IMG/VR virus record: IMGVR_UViG_2740892559_000001 | Span: 6,625 to 70,624 of that record | DNA length: 64,000 nt | Strand: one strand, 5' to 3' | Origin: a virus | Part shown: piece by piece, positions 38,322-48,203 of the stretch | Layout: every line of letters begins with the position of its first letter | How positions within the stretch are numbered: the stretch's first letter is position 1 | The notes under the pieces: generated by a model | What the model saw: only the letters and a program-made list of their open reading frames with translations | Told to the model about the DNA's origin: nothing | Databases searched by the model: none | Made by a program: the position numbers and the translations under genes

Positions 38322-39764
38322 ATGCAGAAACGATCTGTTATCGGATATGGCCATGGGCATTATCGTCCGTATGCGCGGATGTGGGATTTATGGGACGCAC
38401 GTAAAAGTGTGAAAATCGCCGGTGGCACTTACGACGCTGGCAAAACCTTCGGGCTCATCGCCTACATGCACGCGATGGCAATACGGTATCCCGGCTCTCG
38501 AATGACCTTTGTGCATCGGAGCCTAAACCGTGTGTATCGGAACATCATACCGAGTTACGAGAAATTATTGGGGTACAAGCCGACAAGCCGTGATGATCCG
38601 AACCCGACACGTGTAACGCGGTTCGGTGGCGAGCGTCCAGAGTTCTTTGAATACGAAACCGGTACCCGGATCTATATGAACGGGTTGGATAAACCGCAGA
38701 ACCTGTTATCCGATTTCTTTGATGCAGGGTTTGTCAACCAAGCGGAACTCGTACCTTTTGACGCGTGGGACGAACTCACAGCGCGGGTTTCTGAACGTGC
38801 CGGCACGATGCCGATCGCAACGCTTGTCGGGGATTGTAACCCGAATGTGCCGCATCATTGGATCCGCCAACAGGCGAAGGACAAGAAACTTGACTATTTC
38901 AGGATGTCGTTTTTGGACAATCCTGAGATTATTCCCGATCAGAAGTCAGATCGACTGATAGCGTTCAAACGTGCATTTGAGAACGAACCCGATCCGAAAC
39001 TGCTGAACAAGATAATGGATCTGTTCACGGAGCCGGGTTTACGGCGTGTTGAGAAACTCAAGAACCTTGAGGGTTTACGGTTCAAGCGTGGGTTTCTCGG
39101 TCTCTGGGCATCCGGTGAAGGTCTCGTTTTTCAGAAGTTTGAGCCGGAAACGCACATCGTCGATGCAACCATCATGCCGAACTGGAAACGGTATCTGAGT
39201 GTGGACTGGGGAACACGCAACCCATCGAGCGTGATCTGGTGGGCACTTTCACCTGACGACAGACTCTATGCCTACAAGGAAATCTATAAAACACAGCTGA
39301 CGAAGCCCGATCTGATACGGTTGATAAAAGAGAATTGCGATCGCTATGACCGTATCCAGTATGCCGCGGTAGACAGTGCAGACCAAGACGGTGTTGAGCA
39401 GCTCCGGCGTGCAGGCTTCCGTGTCAATGAACCCGTAAAAAACAGAATCGCACAAATCCAGGCTGTCCAAGAACGGTTGAAAGTCGACGCAAGCGGTCAA
39501 CCGGCGATTATGTTCCTCCGGGATCGGTTGGTGCATCCACCCGATCAAGACCTCAAAGACGAATACCGTCCTGTTGAGGTTACAGATGAGTTTTTGAGCC
39601 TGAGCTACAACGAGAAACGGAAAGGCACGAATAAAGACGATGAGGATACGGTTGGCGACAATCACGGTGTCGACGGCACAAGCTATTTGGTGCGAAGCCT
39701 GGGAACGAAACAGAGTATCGGCAGCGGACGCGTCGTTCACGGCTCGGTCACAATGCGGAGATGA
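38322..39764 (+). CDS. terL: Terminase large subunit
   Basis: Walker A GGTYDAGKT, coupling motif GDCNP, RNase H-like nuclease acids (SVDWG, AVDSA, DNHGVD). Confidence 0.93.
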   Translation: MQKRSVIGYGHGHYRPYARMWDLWDARKSVKIAGGTYDAGKTFGLIAYMHAMAIRYPGSRMTFVHRSLNRVYRNIIPSYEKLLGYKPTSRDDPNPTRVTRFGGERPEFFEYETGTRIYMNGLDKPQNLLSDFFDAGFVNQAELVPFDAWDELTARVSERAGTMPIATLVGDCNPNVPHHWIRQQAKDKKLDYFRMSFLDNPEIIPDQKSDRLIAFKRAFENEPDPKLLNKIMDLFTEPGLRRVEKLKNLEGLRFKRGFLGLWASGEGLVFQKFEPETHIVDATIMPNWKRYLSVDWGTRNPSSVIWWALSPDDRLYAYKEIYKTQLTKPDLIRLIKENCDRYDRIQYAAVDSADQDGVEQLRRAGFRVNEPVKNRIAQIQAVQERLKVDASGQPAIMFLRDRLVHPPDQDLKDEYRPVEVTDEFLSLSYNEKRKGTNKDDEDTVGDNHGVDGTSYLVRSLGTKQSIGSGRVVHGSVTMRR

Positions 39765-39864
39765 AGGCCGGAAGATAGGAAGGGAATAGAAGGGTGGAAG
39801 GGTGGAAGTTTCCTAGGGGAAACACCCCATCAAAAACACTTCCAATATTCCAACCTTCCAACCA

Positions 39865-42162
39865 ATGAATATGAATCTACAGCGGACACTTCAGAGCCTG
39901 AATAAGCGAATTTTCGGTCGGAACCCAGAAACCGTTGCTCAGTCCCGAAACACACGGGCACTTGCTGGGGGTCGGGTATCGATGCAGGACCCGATCCGAT
40001 CACAGACGCTGTATCATGTCGCACCACCTGAACGGACCCGGAGCGTTTTTCAGCTGAAGAACTGGACAGAAGAAGAGCTGCTCCATCTGCCTGTAGATCA
40101 GTTCATGAAAGTCGTGACGAGCATCTCTCCGGAAGTGAACAAGGCGTATAAGGATTTCCTACGGAACTGTAATGAATCGTGGTACTACCAAGTCGAACCC
40201 GAAAGTGCGACACCGGTTATAGACGATTTTATTGCACGGCTGGAGACAAAACACCACGATTTTGATGTGATTTTGGATCGGATCTTCGCCGGCATCTACA
40301 AAGGCGGCGCGATCTTTATTGAACTCGAATTGAACGCGTCCGCGGATATGGCGATGGACATCGCAGTAATGGACCCGTATGTGGCACGTTTCCATCGGGT
40401 AGGTAACGACTGGATGCTCGGTCAATGGCAGAACGGGAAATGGGTATCTTTACAGGAGGACCCGACGGTGATGTACGTGCCTTTTAATGCCGGACCGAAT
40501 GAACCGTTTGGTAAATCTATGCTGGAATCCGCGCCTTTGGACGTTGTACGGATGCTCGGGGTCATGAACGATTTTCGGAGGGTTTTGGAATCGCAGGGCT
40601 GGGCACGTGCAGACTTTGAAATCAATTCTGAGAAACTCAAGGACTTCATGCCCCCAGAAGTGATCGGTGATGTCGAAGCGGAAGATGAATTTATCCGGGA
40701 CTTTATCGACGGCGTGAACAAGATGTACTCGAACCTGAAACCGAATGAAGGATACGGGCATTTGGACATCGTGAAAGTGAACATGCCGGTGGGTGGTCAG
40801 ATGCAAAGTTCGTTCTTTGGGTTAGTGGACGGATTGATGCGGTTGTATGATCGGCGTGTCGGTCGGGCTACGGGGTCAACGCCCATCAAGCAGCACTCTA
40901 ACGAGAACGTCGCGGAGACACATGCCCGTGAACAGCGCAAGGATTACAGGATCGATATATCGAGTATCCAGTCAACCGTTGCAGGGACACTTTCAACAGA
41001 ATTGGGGTATGTCTTGCGAGCCGAGGGCGTGAAAGGGAAGGTGATGTTCTATTTCGAGAACACACCGGATCCCGAAGATGTCAAGGCAATGGAAGAAGCC
41101 GAAGGTGTCAAAATTGAGAACCTCAAGAAACTCAAAGAGCTACGCGATATGGACGGTATCGATGATGAAGTCTACGAGGATGCTGTCAACAAGTACAAGG
41201 CAGAAAAAAATAAGCATTCCTCCGGGATGCGCAGTTTTGAAGTTAGCGGTTACCAGGGGTCTCCAGTTACCAGTAGTCGTGAACTTGCGCATTTATGCTG
41301 GGATCTCGACTGTCCGCAATGTGGCATTGACCCTGAAGGCGAAAGAGCCGCAACGATTAGCCCGGATGGTTCAGAGGATCCACTCCCTGTCGTGCCATCC
41401 GATTTTGAAGTGACTGCGGTGTTCCTTGAGTCTGCGATCGAATCGTTTGAGGACGTACTTCCAGACTATAAGAATATGCTCAACGCCAGGGTCACGGGTA
41501 TGACGCAAACCGATGCGATTGATACCGTCAAGAAAGGCGATTGGGTCTGGAACCAGCTGACGAAACGGTATCGGAATTCCAAGACGAAAAAGACGGTCTC
41601 TGCAAACACAGTGCTACAACTGCGTGACGATCTCATTGATTTGAAACGCGACACGTTCAGCGATCTGACGGATAACCTCATCAACTCGCGGATTACCGTC
41701 CAGGAGTGGGTGCATGAGATGCGGAAACGGATACGCGATGCACACAGTGCGCAGTATATGCTTGCCCGCGGTGGACGAAATGCGATGTTCCAAACAGATC
41801 TGGACGTGCTGACTGAAATCATTAATGACCAGTTTGGGTACTTGCAGCAGTTTGGCGAGGAGGTCCGTGCCGGTAGGCTGAGCGCGAAACAGATAACTGC
41901 TCGATCAGAGCTCTATGTCGAAGCGTCTACAAATGCGCATGAACAGGCGAAAGCGGCAAGCTTTGATATAACGTTGCCGCAGTATCCGGGTGATGGGAAC
42001 CAAGACTGTAACGTGCGATGCCGGTGCCGGTGGGAAATCGAGGAAAAGAAAGACGCTATCGAGGCGTTCTGGCTTTTGAACGTCGCGGCACAACACTGTG
42101 ATACGTGCCTCTCAAATGCAGCGAGGTGGGCACCCTATACAATAGTAACCAGTGACCAGTAA
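39865..42162 (+). CDS. Portal protein fused to Mu gpF/SPP1 gp7-like head morphogenesis domain
   Basis: Follows terL; portal-like N-terminus (EPFGKSMLE); C-terminal YPGDG..CNVRCRC and HCDTC. Confidence 0.8.
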   Translation: MNMNLQRTLQSLNKRIFGRNPETVAQSRNTRALAGGRVSMQDPIRSQTLYHVAPPERTRSVFQLKNWTEEELLHLPVDQFMKVVTSISPEVNKAYKDFLRNCNESWYYQVEPESATPVIDDFIARLETKHHDFDVILDRIFAGIYKGGAIFIELELNASADMAMDIAVMDPYVARFHRVGNDWMLGQWQNGKWVSLQEDPTVMYVPFNAGPNEPFGKSMLESAPLDVVRMLGVMNDFRRVLESQGWARADFEINSEKLKDFMPPEVIGDVEAEDEFIRDFIDGVNKMYSNLKPNEGYGHLDIVKVNMPVGGQMQSSFFGLVDGLMRLYDRRVGRATGSTPIKQHSNENVAETHAREQRKDYRIDISSIQSTVAGTLSTELGYVLRAEGVKGKVMFYFENTPDPEDVKAMEEAEGVKIENLKKLKELRDMDGIDDEVYEDAVNKYKAEKNKHSSGMRSFEVSGYQGSPVTSSRELAHLCWDLDCPQCGIDPEGERAATISPDGSEDPLPVVPSDFEVTAVFLESAIESFEDVLPDYKNMLNARVTGMTQTDAIDTVKKGDWVWNQLTKRYRNSKTKKTVSANTVLQLRDDLIDLKRDTFSDLTDNLINSRITVQEWVHEMRKRIRDAHSAQYMLARGGRNAMFQTDLDVLTEIINDQFGYLQQFGEEVRAGRLSAKQITARSELYVEASTNAHEQAKAASFDITLPQYPGDGNQDCNVRCRCRWEIEEKKDAIEAFWLLNVAAQHCDTCLSNAARWAPYTIVTSDQ

Positions 42163-42511
42163 CCAGTGACCAGTTAAGAAAGGAAGGGAAACATGAATAG
42201 CATTGCTTTTACTTTCAGAAACCGATTTATTTTAGTCAAGCGGAATGAAAACCCTATTTTGTTTCATATCACTTTTTGGTTAATCCAACCCTATAAGTTG
42301 GTAAGAGCAGGATGGCACTTAACATCAGACCGTGCGCGTATACAACCGATAAAAAACGGGATACACCGCAGATGCTATAAGGCTGTCCGACACATGGTCA
42401 CTTGGATTATGTTTTCTGGTTTTAGTCCGTATAGTCGCAGGAAACTTGATTATTGAACACTGGTAACTGGGCACTGGCAACTGGTAACTGATACAAAGGA
42501 GAGTAAACCCA

Positions 42512-43681
42512 ATGGAAGATGTACGCTATTTCCCTGGAATCATAAATACCCGTGCGATGGGCGCGGAATTGCCTGAAGATGACGACGATAAATACTGGAT
42601 CCGGGTGCTGGCGAGCAACGATAAACTCGATGGACACAACTCCATCATGGATCCGGAAACGACGCTCCGCAACTATGAACGAGACGCGAAAACGAAGCCC
42701 GGCGTGGCGTTGAAAGACCATCACGCCTACAGGTCTTTCGGGTACGGACGCTCCGGCAATGCCCAGTTAACCGACAAAAATGAACTCTTCATAGACTTCT
42801 ATATCCTCAAGAACATGGAATACGATGCCGGTTCTCGTGAGTTCCGCACCAGTGAAAAATTGATACGCGCCATTGAACACGAACTCGTGAATCAGGTATC
42901 CGTCGGCTTCTATGAAGGCCGCGAGATTTGTAACCTCTGCCAACTCCCGATCCGACGCTATTCCTATTGGGACTGGGAGCCAGAGCGAGAGGGACAATGC
43001 ACCCATAAGATGGGGAAGATGTATGAAATTGACGGTAAAAAAGAGAAGGCCACCTATACCGTCTTTGATGCCCGGCTTAAAGAGGTGAGCCTCGTTGAGT
43101 TTGGGTCTAACCGCAAAACTGCCATCGAGAAAAAACGGGAAATCGCTGAAGCACTTGAATGGGTCTTTACGGAGAAACCCGGACCCGGTGTCGGTTCCCC
43201 GATATTCGATGGTATCCGAAAATTTATGGAGGAAAATTTCATGACAGACCAAGAATGGATCGCGCAACTACGCGAGAAACTGGACATCCCGAACCTTAAG
43301 ACTACGGACGAACCGGATGCCGTTGTTGAGACGCTGGAAGCAGAATTAACCAGTCTACGCGAGAAAGTCGAGGAACAGAAAGACGAAATCGCGGATCTGA
43401 CGCTCGATGCTGAGGACGGCAAAGCGTACCGCCAAGCACGCGTGGACGAAGGTATCAAACAGGGTGTCCGTGCACACGGTGACGATTTTGATGAGGAATA
43501 CCACCGCGAGTATTACGCCGATCTGCCGCTGGATAAACTGGAGAAGGCGATCGAGAGCAATAAGAAAATCGCTGATGCCGCACTACCAGAGGGTCGCAGC
43601 ACAACCGACGAGCATGAACCGCCACCAGAGAAAACACGGGCGACCGAACGCGATCGCAGACGGAGAGGGCGGAGAAGATAG
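42512..43681 (+). CDS. Prohead protease with C-terminal scaffold-like coiled coil
   Basis: DH..., QVSVGF and EVSLV motifs of HK97-type proteases; acidic coiled-coil tail. Confidence 0.85.
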   Translation: MEDVRYFPGIINTRAMGAELPEDDDDKYWIRVLASNDKLDGHNSIMDPETTLRNYERDAKTKPGVALKDHHAYRSFGYGRSGNAQLTDKNELFIDFYILKNMEYDAGSREFRTSEKLIRAIEHELVNQVSVGFYEGREICNLCQLPIRRYSYWDWEPEREGQCTHKMGKMYEIDGKKEKATYTVFDARLKEVSLVEFGSNRKTAIEKKREIAEALEWVFTEKPGPGVGSPIFDGIRKFMEENFMTDQEWIAQLREKLDIPNLKTTDEPDAVVETLEAELTSLREKVEEQKDEIADLTLDAEDGKAYRQARVDEGIKQGVRAHGDDFDEEYHREYYADLPLDKLEKAIESNKKIADAALPEGRSTTDEHEPPPEKTRATERDRRRRGRRR

Positions 43682-43785
43682 TTGTCAGTTACCAGTTACC
43701 AGTTATCAGTTAAGAGGAGAACGCTTTTCTTCTCTGGGCACTGGAAACTGGCCACTGGAAACTATAAAAATAAGGAGTACAACAA

Positions 43786-44319
43786 ATGTTGAAAGAACAT
43801 CCGTTTTTAGTCACCACCACCTTCCAAGGGGATGGGGACACGATTAAGTACGACGCAACGAAACCGAATCGTTCTGATGCCGTCGGTAAAGCGTTCAAGA
43901 TTAATGCCGATGGCAAAGGCGAACTCGTTGTGGATGGCGACGAAATTGATGGCAAGGTGATCAGCGTTGACGACGACCACAAATTCACCGGTGCCTATAT
44001 GTTCGGCGGACTGAATTTACCGTTAGGCGAGAATGAGACTGTCGCACGCGGCGATAAGCTTGTCGGCGCGCTCGGTGCTGACAAAGCAAAAGGGCACGTC
44101 AAAGCCGTCTCTGCACCCGCGGCGTTACCTTCGGATCTCGCAGATCTCGCAGCAACAGATATTGATACCGATGCTGAAAAGCTCACAGTCCATAACGCTG
44201 CACGGACCCAGATCAATAGCGTCTCTGCAACAGTGAGTGCCTTGGTTGCTGCAGCGAAAGGTAAAGGCAGTGTCATCAATTCCGACACAACACATGCCCT
44301 CGTTGCACTCGGCGCATAA
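43786..44319 (+). CDS. Head decoration/cement protein
   Basis: Small Gly/Ala-rich gene between protease and major capsid genes. Confidence 0.65.
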   Translation: MLKEHPFLVTTTFQGDGDTIKYDATKPNRSDAVGKAFKINADGKGELVVDGDEIDGKVISVDDDHKFTGAYMFGGLNLPLGENETVARGDKLVGALGADKAKGHVKAVSAPAALPSDLADLAATDIDTDAEKLTVHNAARTQINSVSATVSALVAAAKGKGSVINSDTTHALVALGA

Positions 44320-44415
44320 CAGAAAAGGGGAACCCGTCGCTAACGATTTCCCCATTTCATTCTATTTGAAGAATTAGCATATTGTATCACAATGTGCTTT
44401 TACGAAGGAGAAAAA

Positions 44416-45807
44416 ATGCCTTTATTAACGACACGAGAACTGGTAGATCGCGTTCGTAACGATGGCCAGCGTACAACTTTCGTTGAAGAAGCTGCGGATG
44501 CAGGGATGCCGTTTTCTGCTTATGCAGATTCCCAATACGATCCAGACAAAGACAGCGAACTCGGTCCTGATGATGAACGTCTGTCGGCGATGGAAGTGAT
44601 TCAAGACGACCTCGATATGACGACGACGTGTAACCCCGCTGCGGGTATCTGGCCCACACGGTGCGAAAATGTGATTGGCGATCCTGCCAAGGAATTTGTA
44701 CTCAAAGAGATGTGTCTGAACGCTTACCGAAGCGTCTCTTATGCCCCGCAGATCGCTGCAGCAGCACGGAAAGCGGATCGACGCGCTCGTTGGGAACGTG
44801 CCGGTACATTTAACAGTGTCTATGACACCGAGCCCGGCTCCACGCTCACGCCGTTTTACGACGCGATGGCACACTGGGACCAGGACGTAGAAGTCGACAT
44901 CCGTTTGGAAGAACTCACGAGTCGGTTCGCAGAGACCTCTAAGAGCGATTACCGCGCCACCATCCTGGAATACGACGAAAACGCTTTTAGTGAAGAACGC
45001 CGCACGCCTGCTTCCGATCCACCCATGGCAACCTTCGAGACCTCTGAACGTCCGGTCCGTCCGAAAAAGCGGATGCTGGCGATTCCCTTTACCTACGAAC
45101 ACCTTCGCGAAGTTGAGTTTATCGATAAAGCGATGGAACACGTAGAAGAAATCGCAGTGCAGCGGACGATGGCGAAAGTTGACGAAGGGCTTGAAGTGAT
45201 GCTGTTTGGTGCCGGTGGCGATAACCTCGGTGGCACGCTGATCCCGTTGACCGATCTGGATTCCGACGCGACAACCATGACCCCGAAAGCGTGGCTCACA
45301 CTCCAGAAAAAATTCAAACGCTCCTACATGATGACCTCCGGTATCGGTTACGAGGACGATATTACCGACATCCAACTCGCGAAAATCGCCGGTACGAATG
45401 TGATGATGACGGCATTGATCGAACGCGATAACGCCGTGCTGAGCGGCTTCGGCGGTGCATTCCGAATCATGAACCAGTTGTCCCAGGGTATCGGCATCGG
45501 TTGGCACGATAAGTTAAAAGACCGGTTGCAGTGGTTCCGTTCCAACGGCACGACGAAGCGCGGAGATGCCTACAACGCCTATATCGCTTACGACTTACGG
45601 AAAGCGATCGAATTCATCACGCAAATGAACACCGACATCATTGAAACCACGCGGGATATGCTCAAGCAGGTCGAGTACATCGTCTGCTCCGAGATTTGGG
45701 GCTGGATCTCGTATCAGCCGAAAAAGGCATGCTACATCATCCAGATGGGCGGACTCCCGACTGGGCATGAAGATAGCGATGTGTTGAAGGTTGCTGAGGC
45801 GGCATAA
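44416..45807 (+). CDS. Major capsid protein (HK97 fold)
   Basis: KRMLAIPFTYEHLR..IAVQRTMAKVDEGLEVMLFG spine-helix pattern; GAAGGAG RBS before MPLL. Confidence 0.88.
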   Translation: MPLLTTRELVDRVRNDGQRTTFVEEAADAGMPFSAYADSQYDPDKDSELGPDDERLSAMEVIQDDLDMTTTCNPAAGIWPTRCENVIGDPAKEFVLKEMCLNAYRSVSYAPQIAAAARKADRRARWERAGTFNSVYDTEPGSTLTPFYDAMAHWDQDVEVDIRLEELTSRFAETSKSDYRATILEYDENAFSEERRTPASDPPMATFETSERPVRPKKRMLAIPFTYEHLREVEFIDKAMEHVEEIAVQRTMAKVDEGLEVMLFGAGGDNLGGTLIPLTDLDSDATTMTPKAWLTLQKKFKRSYMMTSGIGYEDDITDIQLAKIAGTNVMMTALIERDNAVLSGFGGAFRIMNQLSQGIGIGWHDKLKDRLQWFRSNGTTKRGDAYNAYIAYDLRKAIEFITQMNTDIIETTRDMLKQVEYIVCSEIWGWISYQPKKACYIIQMGGLPTGHEDSDVLKVAEAA

Positions 45808-45917
45808 AAAAAGTGTCCAGTTACCAGTAACCAGTTTCCAGAGAAGAAAAGCGTTCTCCTCTTAACTGGCCACTGGTCACTGGAGACCACTGGTAACCAC
45901 TATAAAAGGAGCAACGG

Positions 45918-46415
45918 ATGGCAGCCACTGTCTTGACGAGTTCACATTATGACGGCGTGCGCGGGTTGATTGCGCCGGATGTCACTGCGGAACATATTTC
46001 CGATGACTATCTGTCGCAACGCCCTTTCGCGCCGGAAGCCGAACGCAAGGTACGCAAGCGGTTGATGGCTGCCGGTATTGATGTTGATAGCCTCACCGGT
46101 GATGCCCTTGAAGATGCGCGACTCGCTATGATGCATGAATGTGCAGCGGTGTTGTGTTTGACTGCACCCCAACAATTGCGTCAGAACTTGATTGGCGTTA
46201 TCACTGATGTACAGGAAATCGACTGGAAAGAGAAACGAGCATTCCATCTATCAGAAGCCGACGAACTGGTGAACGACATCATTGAGAACGCCGAGGTTTC
46301 CGGTAGCGCGTCCTCGAAGCGGAGGCGTGGCAACCCGTTCGGTGCGGTTGGCACAGAGCGAAAGGAAGTCGAAACGCCGGCGTATCCTTATAGAAGGGTC
46401 TATACGGACAGGTGA
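45918..46415 (+). CDS. Head-tail adaptor protein
   Basis: Helical 165 aa protein right after the major capsid gene. Confidence 0.65.
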   Translation: MAATVLTSSHYDGVRGLIAPDVTAEHISDDYLSQRPFAPEAERKVRKRLMAAGIDVDSLTGDALEDARLAMMHECAAVLCLTAPQQLRQNLIGVITDVQEIDWKEKRAFHLSEADELVNDIIENAEVSGSASSKRRRGNPFGAVGTERKEVETPAYPYRRVYTDR

Positions 46416-46469
46416 GAAAATATCTCTATATTATCATATCCTGGTGTATGGAAAATCTTATTTCGATTT

Positions 46470-46703
46470 TTGCCTATTTTTGATAGCAAGGTGACAAATG
46501 CGGAACCTATGTCAATGAATTGGTATCAGAGTTTTACGCATTTTGCAGACGGCACGTGGGATATTGAATTCCACAAACAGAGTCCAGATCACCCTGATTT
46601 CATTATTCAGGTGTATTACTCAAAACTTCGGGGATGGGGCTGGATATTTAAACCGTTCACGCGACATTGGCGCGTTGATAATCATCATATCATGTATTTG
46701 TAG
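46470..46703 (+). CDS. Small hypothetical protein (moron)
   Basis: 77 aa, Trp/Phe-rich. Confidence 0.45.
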   Translation: MPIFDSKVTNAEPMSMNWYQSFTHFADGTWDIEFHKQSPDHPDFIIQVYYSKLRGWGWIFKPFTRHWRVDNHHIMYL

Positions 46704-46795
46704 GACTTCGGGAGCAGATACCGAAAATTAGGGAGCTGCCCGCTAATTGATTTTCTATGGTCGTGCGCTGCTCCCGAGGATATGAGAGGGTGGAG

Positions 46796-47023
46796 ATGAT
46801 AAATCAAAGAATAGAGCATGTCGTCAAGTTTATTCGTGAAGCACGCGATGAGGCAGACAGCTTAGGAGAGCGTATCCTATTTTTTGTAGCGTTTCTGTTG
46901 ATAGGGACCGCTGTGGCCGCCTTTGCGTATCTGCTCTGTATGTTGGCGTTCACGGCTCCGAAAGTATTCATCCCGATTTATTTTAGTATCTTCATCTTAT
47001 GGCAGGGCTATAAACACCTATGA
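46796..47023 (+). CDS. Small two-TM membrane protein (moron)
   Basis: Two hydrophobic segments; GGAG RBS. Confidence 0.55.
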   Translation: MINQRIEHVVKFIREARDEADSLGERILFFVAFLLIGTAVAAFAYLLCMLAFTAPKVFIPIYFSIFILWQGYKHL

Positions 47024-47220
47024 GAAAATACAGGTTAGGAGAGCGTGTCAAGGCACGGATCCCAGATGCTACGGAGATAGGCACTGAAAAAGTAGCAAAG
47101 TGGATTAGCGGTCGGATCATTGCGCTTTCGCCTGATAGAAAGTGCGCGAAACTCCTACTGGATAATGATACCGAGTTATTAATTGAAACACGTTTTTTAA
47201 AAGTTACCAGTGGCCAGTAA
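47020..47220 (+). CDS. Small KOW/SH3-like protein
   Basis: 66 aa, YRLGERVKAR...GRIIAL; ATGA overlap with the previous gene. Confidence 0.5.
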   Translation: MRKYRLGERVKARIPDATEIGTEKVAKWISGRIIALSPDRKCAKLLLDNDTELLIETRFLKVTSGQ

Positions 47221-47311
47221 CCAGTGGCCAGTTAAGAGGGGTTTTGGATAGTTCCAAAGTCTTCTTCTGGTAACTGGTAACTGGAAACTGGAAACTAATA
47301 TAAGGAGAGTT

Positions 47312-47689
47312 ATGGCGAACTTATTGACCGAATCTATTGAAATTTACCGTGACGATTACATTAAAGTGCTCTGCATGGATGAGCAAGGTGCTGGCGGCGC
47401 GCATCATCTCTACCATATTTATGAAGTAGATGCGGATGTAGCAACCGTTGAACCGCTAACCGTTATCAAACACCAAGAGGGTGCTATCCTTGAAAATGGT
47501 GTCAATGGCTGCACCAACGAGGCTTTACTTGCTATTTGTGGGCATCGTATGGAGTGTTTCCAGAAGGGACCGTTCCCGTCCCATTACAATGCAAACGCCA
47601 AAATTGGTATAGATTTCGGAAAAGCGAACCTTGAGGCTCGAACCCGTGACCGAAAAGCCCGTAACGTTGAGGGACAAACGAAAGCGTAA
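47312..47689 (+). CDS. tad1: Tad1-like anti-Thoeris/anti-CBASS signal-sponge protein
   Basis: GAGGAHHLY, IKHQEG, NGCTNEALLAI..RMECFQKGPF...NA, R..DRKARNVEG match the recalled Tad1 pattern (GPGGAYHEY, IKFQKG, DLLEIVRDRLKSFQAGPF..EN, RRVEDRIERNVLG). Confidence 0.8.
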   Translation: MANLLTESIEIYRDDYIKVLCMDEQGAGGAHHLYHIYEVDADVATVEPLTVIKHQEGAILENGVNGCTNEALLAICGHRMECFQKGPFPSHYNANAKIGIDFGKANLEARTRDRKARNVEGQTKA

Positions 47690-47718
47690 ATGACCGATGA
47701 GGTTTTGTCACGGAAACT

Positions 47719-47797
47719 GTAGCGCGTAATGTAATGGAGCGCGGATATACGGAATGGCACTTCAAATGCCAAACCCACTTGACCGAACCGCAAGGAA
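47719..47797 (+). repeat. R1 element copy 6
   Basis: GTAGCGCGTAATGTAATGG...GACCGAACCGCAAGGAAA, 10 nt before the ATG at 47808. Confidence 0.85.
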
Positions 47798-47807
47798 AGT
47801 TAAAAAA

Positions 47808-48122
47808 ATGCGATTTCGGATACCGCCACAACTCAAAGAGAAAGTGACCGTTGTCCGTCAAGATGCGATTGTTCGCAGTAACCAGATGACCATCGCTGAA
47901 GATGTCGTGTGTCTGATCGCCCCAGAAAGCGATTTGATTCGAGTCGCTTCCGGTGTCGCTGTTGGCGGTACAGGCTGGGCAGCGTTGCTCGAAAAACCGA
48001 ACCCGGACATCATCGGTGGCGATATTTTACGGCGAGCAGATAGCAGTGAACTGACGGTACATCGTGTCCGTCCGCTTGGCGATACGATGATCCTTGAACT
48101 GAGGGGTGACGAAATACCGTGA
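47808..48122 (+). CDS. Head-closure (head-tail joining) protein
   Basis: About 104 aa beta-rich; IIGGDILR..LTVHRVRP pattern; neck position. Confidence 0.6.
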   Translation: MRFRIPPQLKEKVTVVRQDAIVRSNQMTIAEDVVCLIAPESDLIRVASGVAVGGTGWAALLEKPNPDIIGGDILRRADSSELTVHRVRPLGDTMILELRGDEIP

Positions 48123-48203
48123 GGAAATTTCCAGTTTCCAGTTTCCAGTTAAGAAACCTCTTTACCTGACCACTGGTCACTGGCGGCTGGTAACGATAAA
48201 AAA

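Noticed and set aside
44425-45507. 360-aa minus-strand ORF, and 48655..49494
   Set aside because: Antisense shadows of the capsid gene and the VPV-repeat gene.
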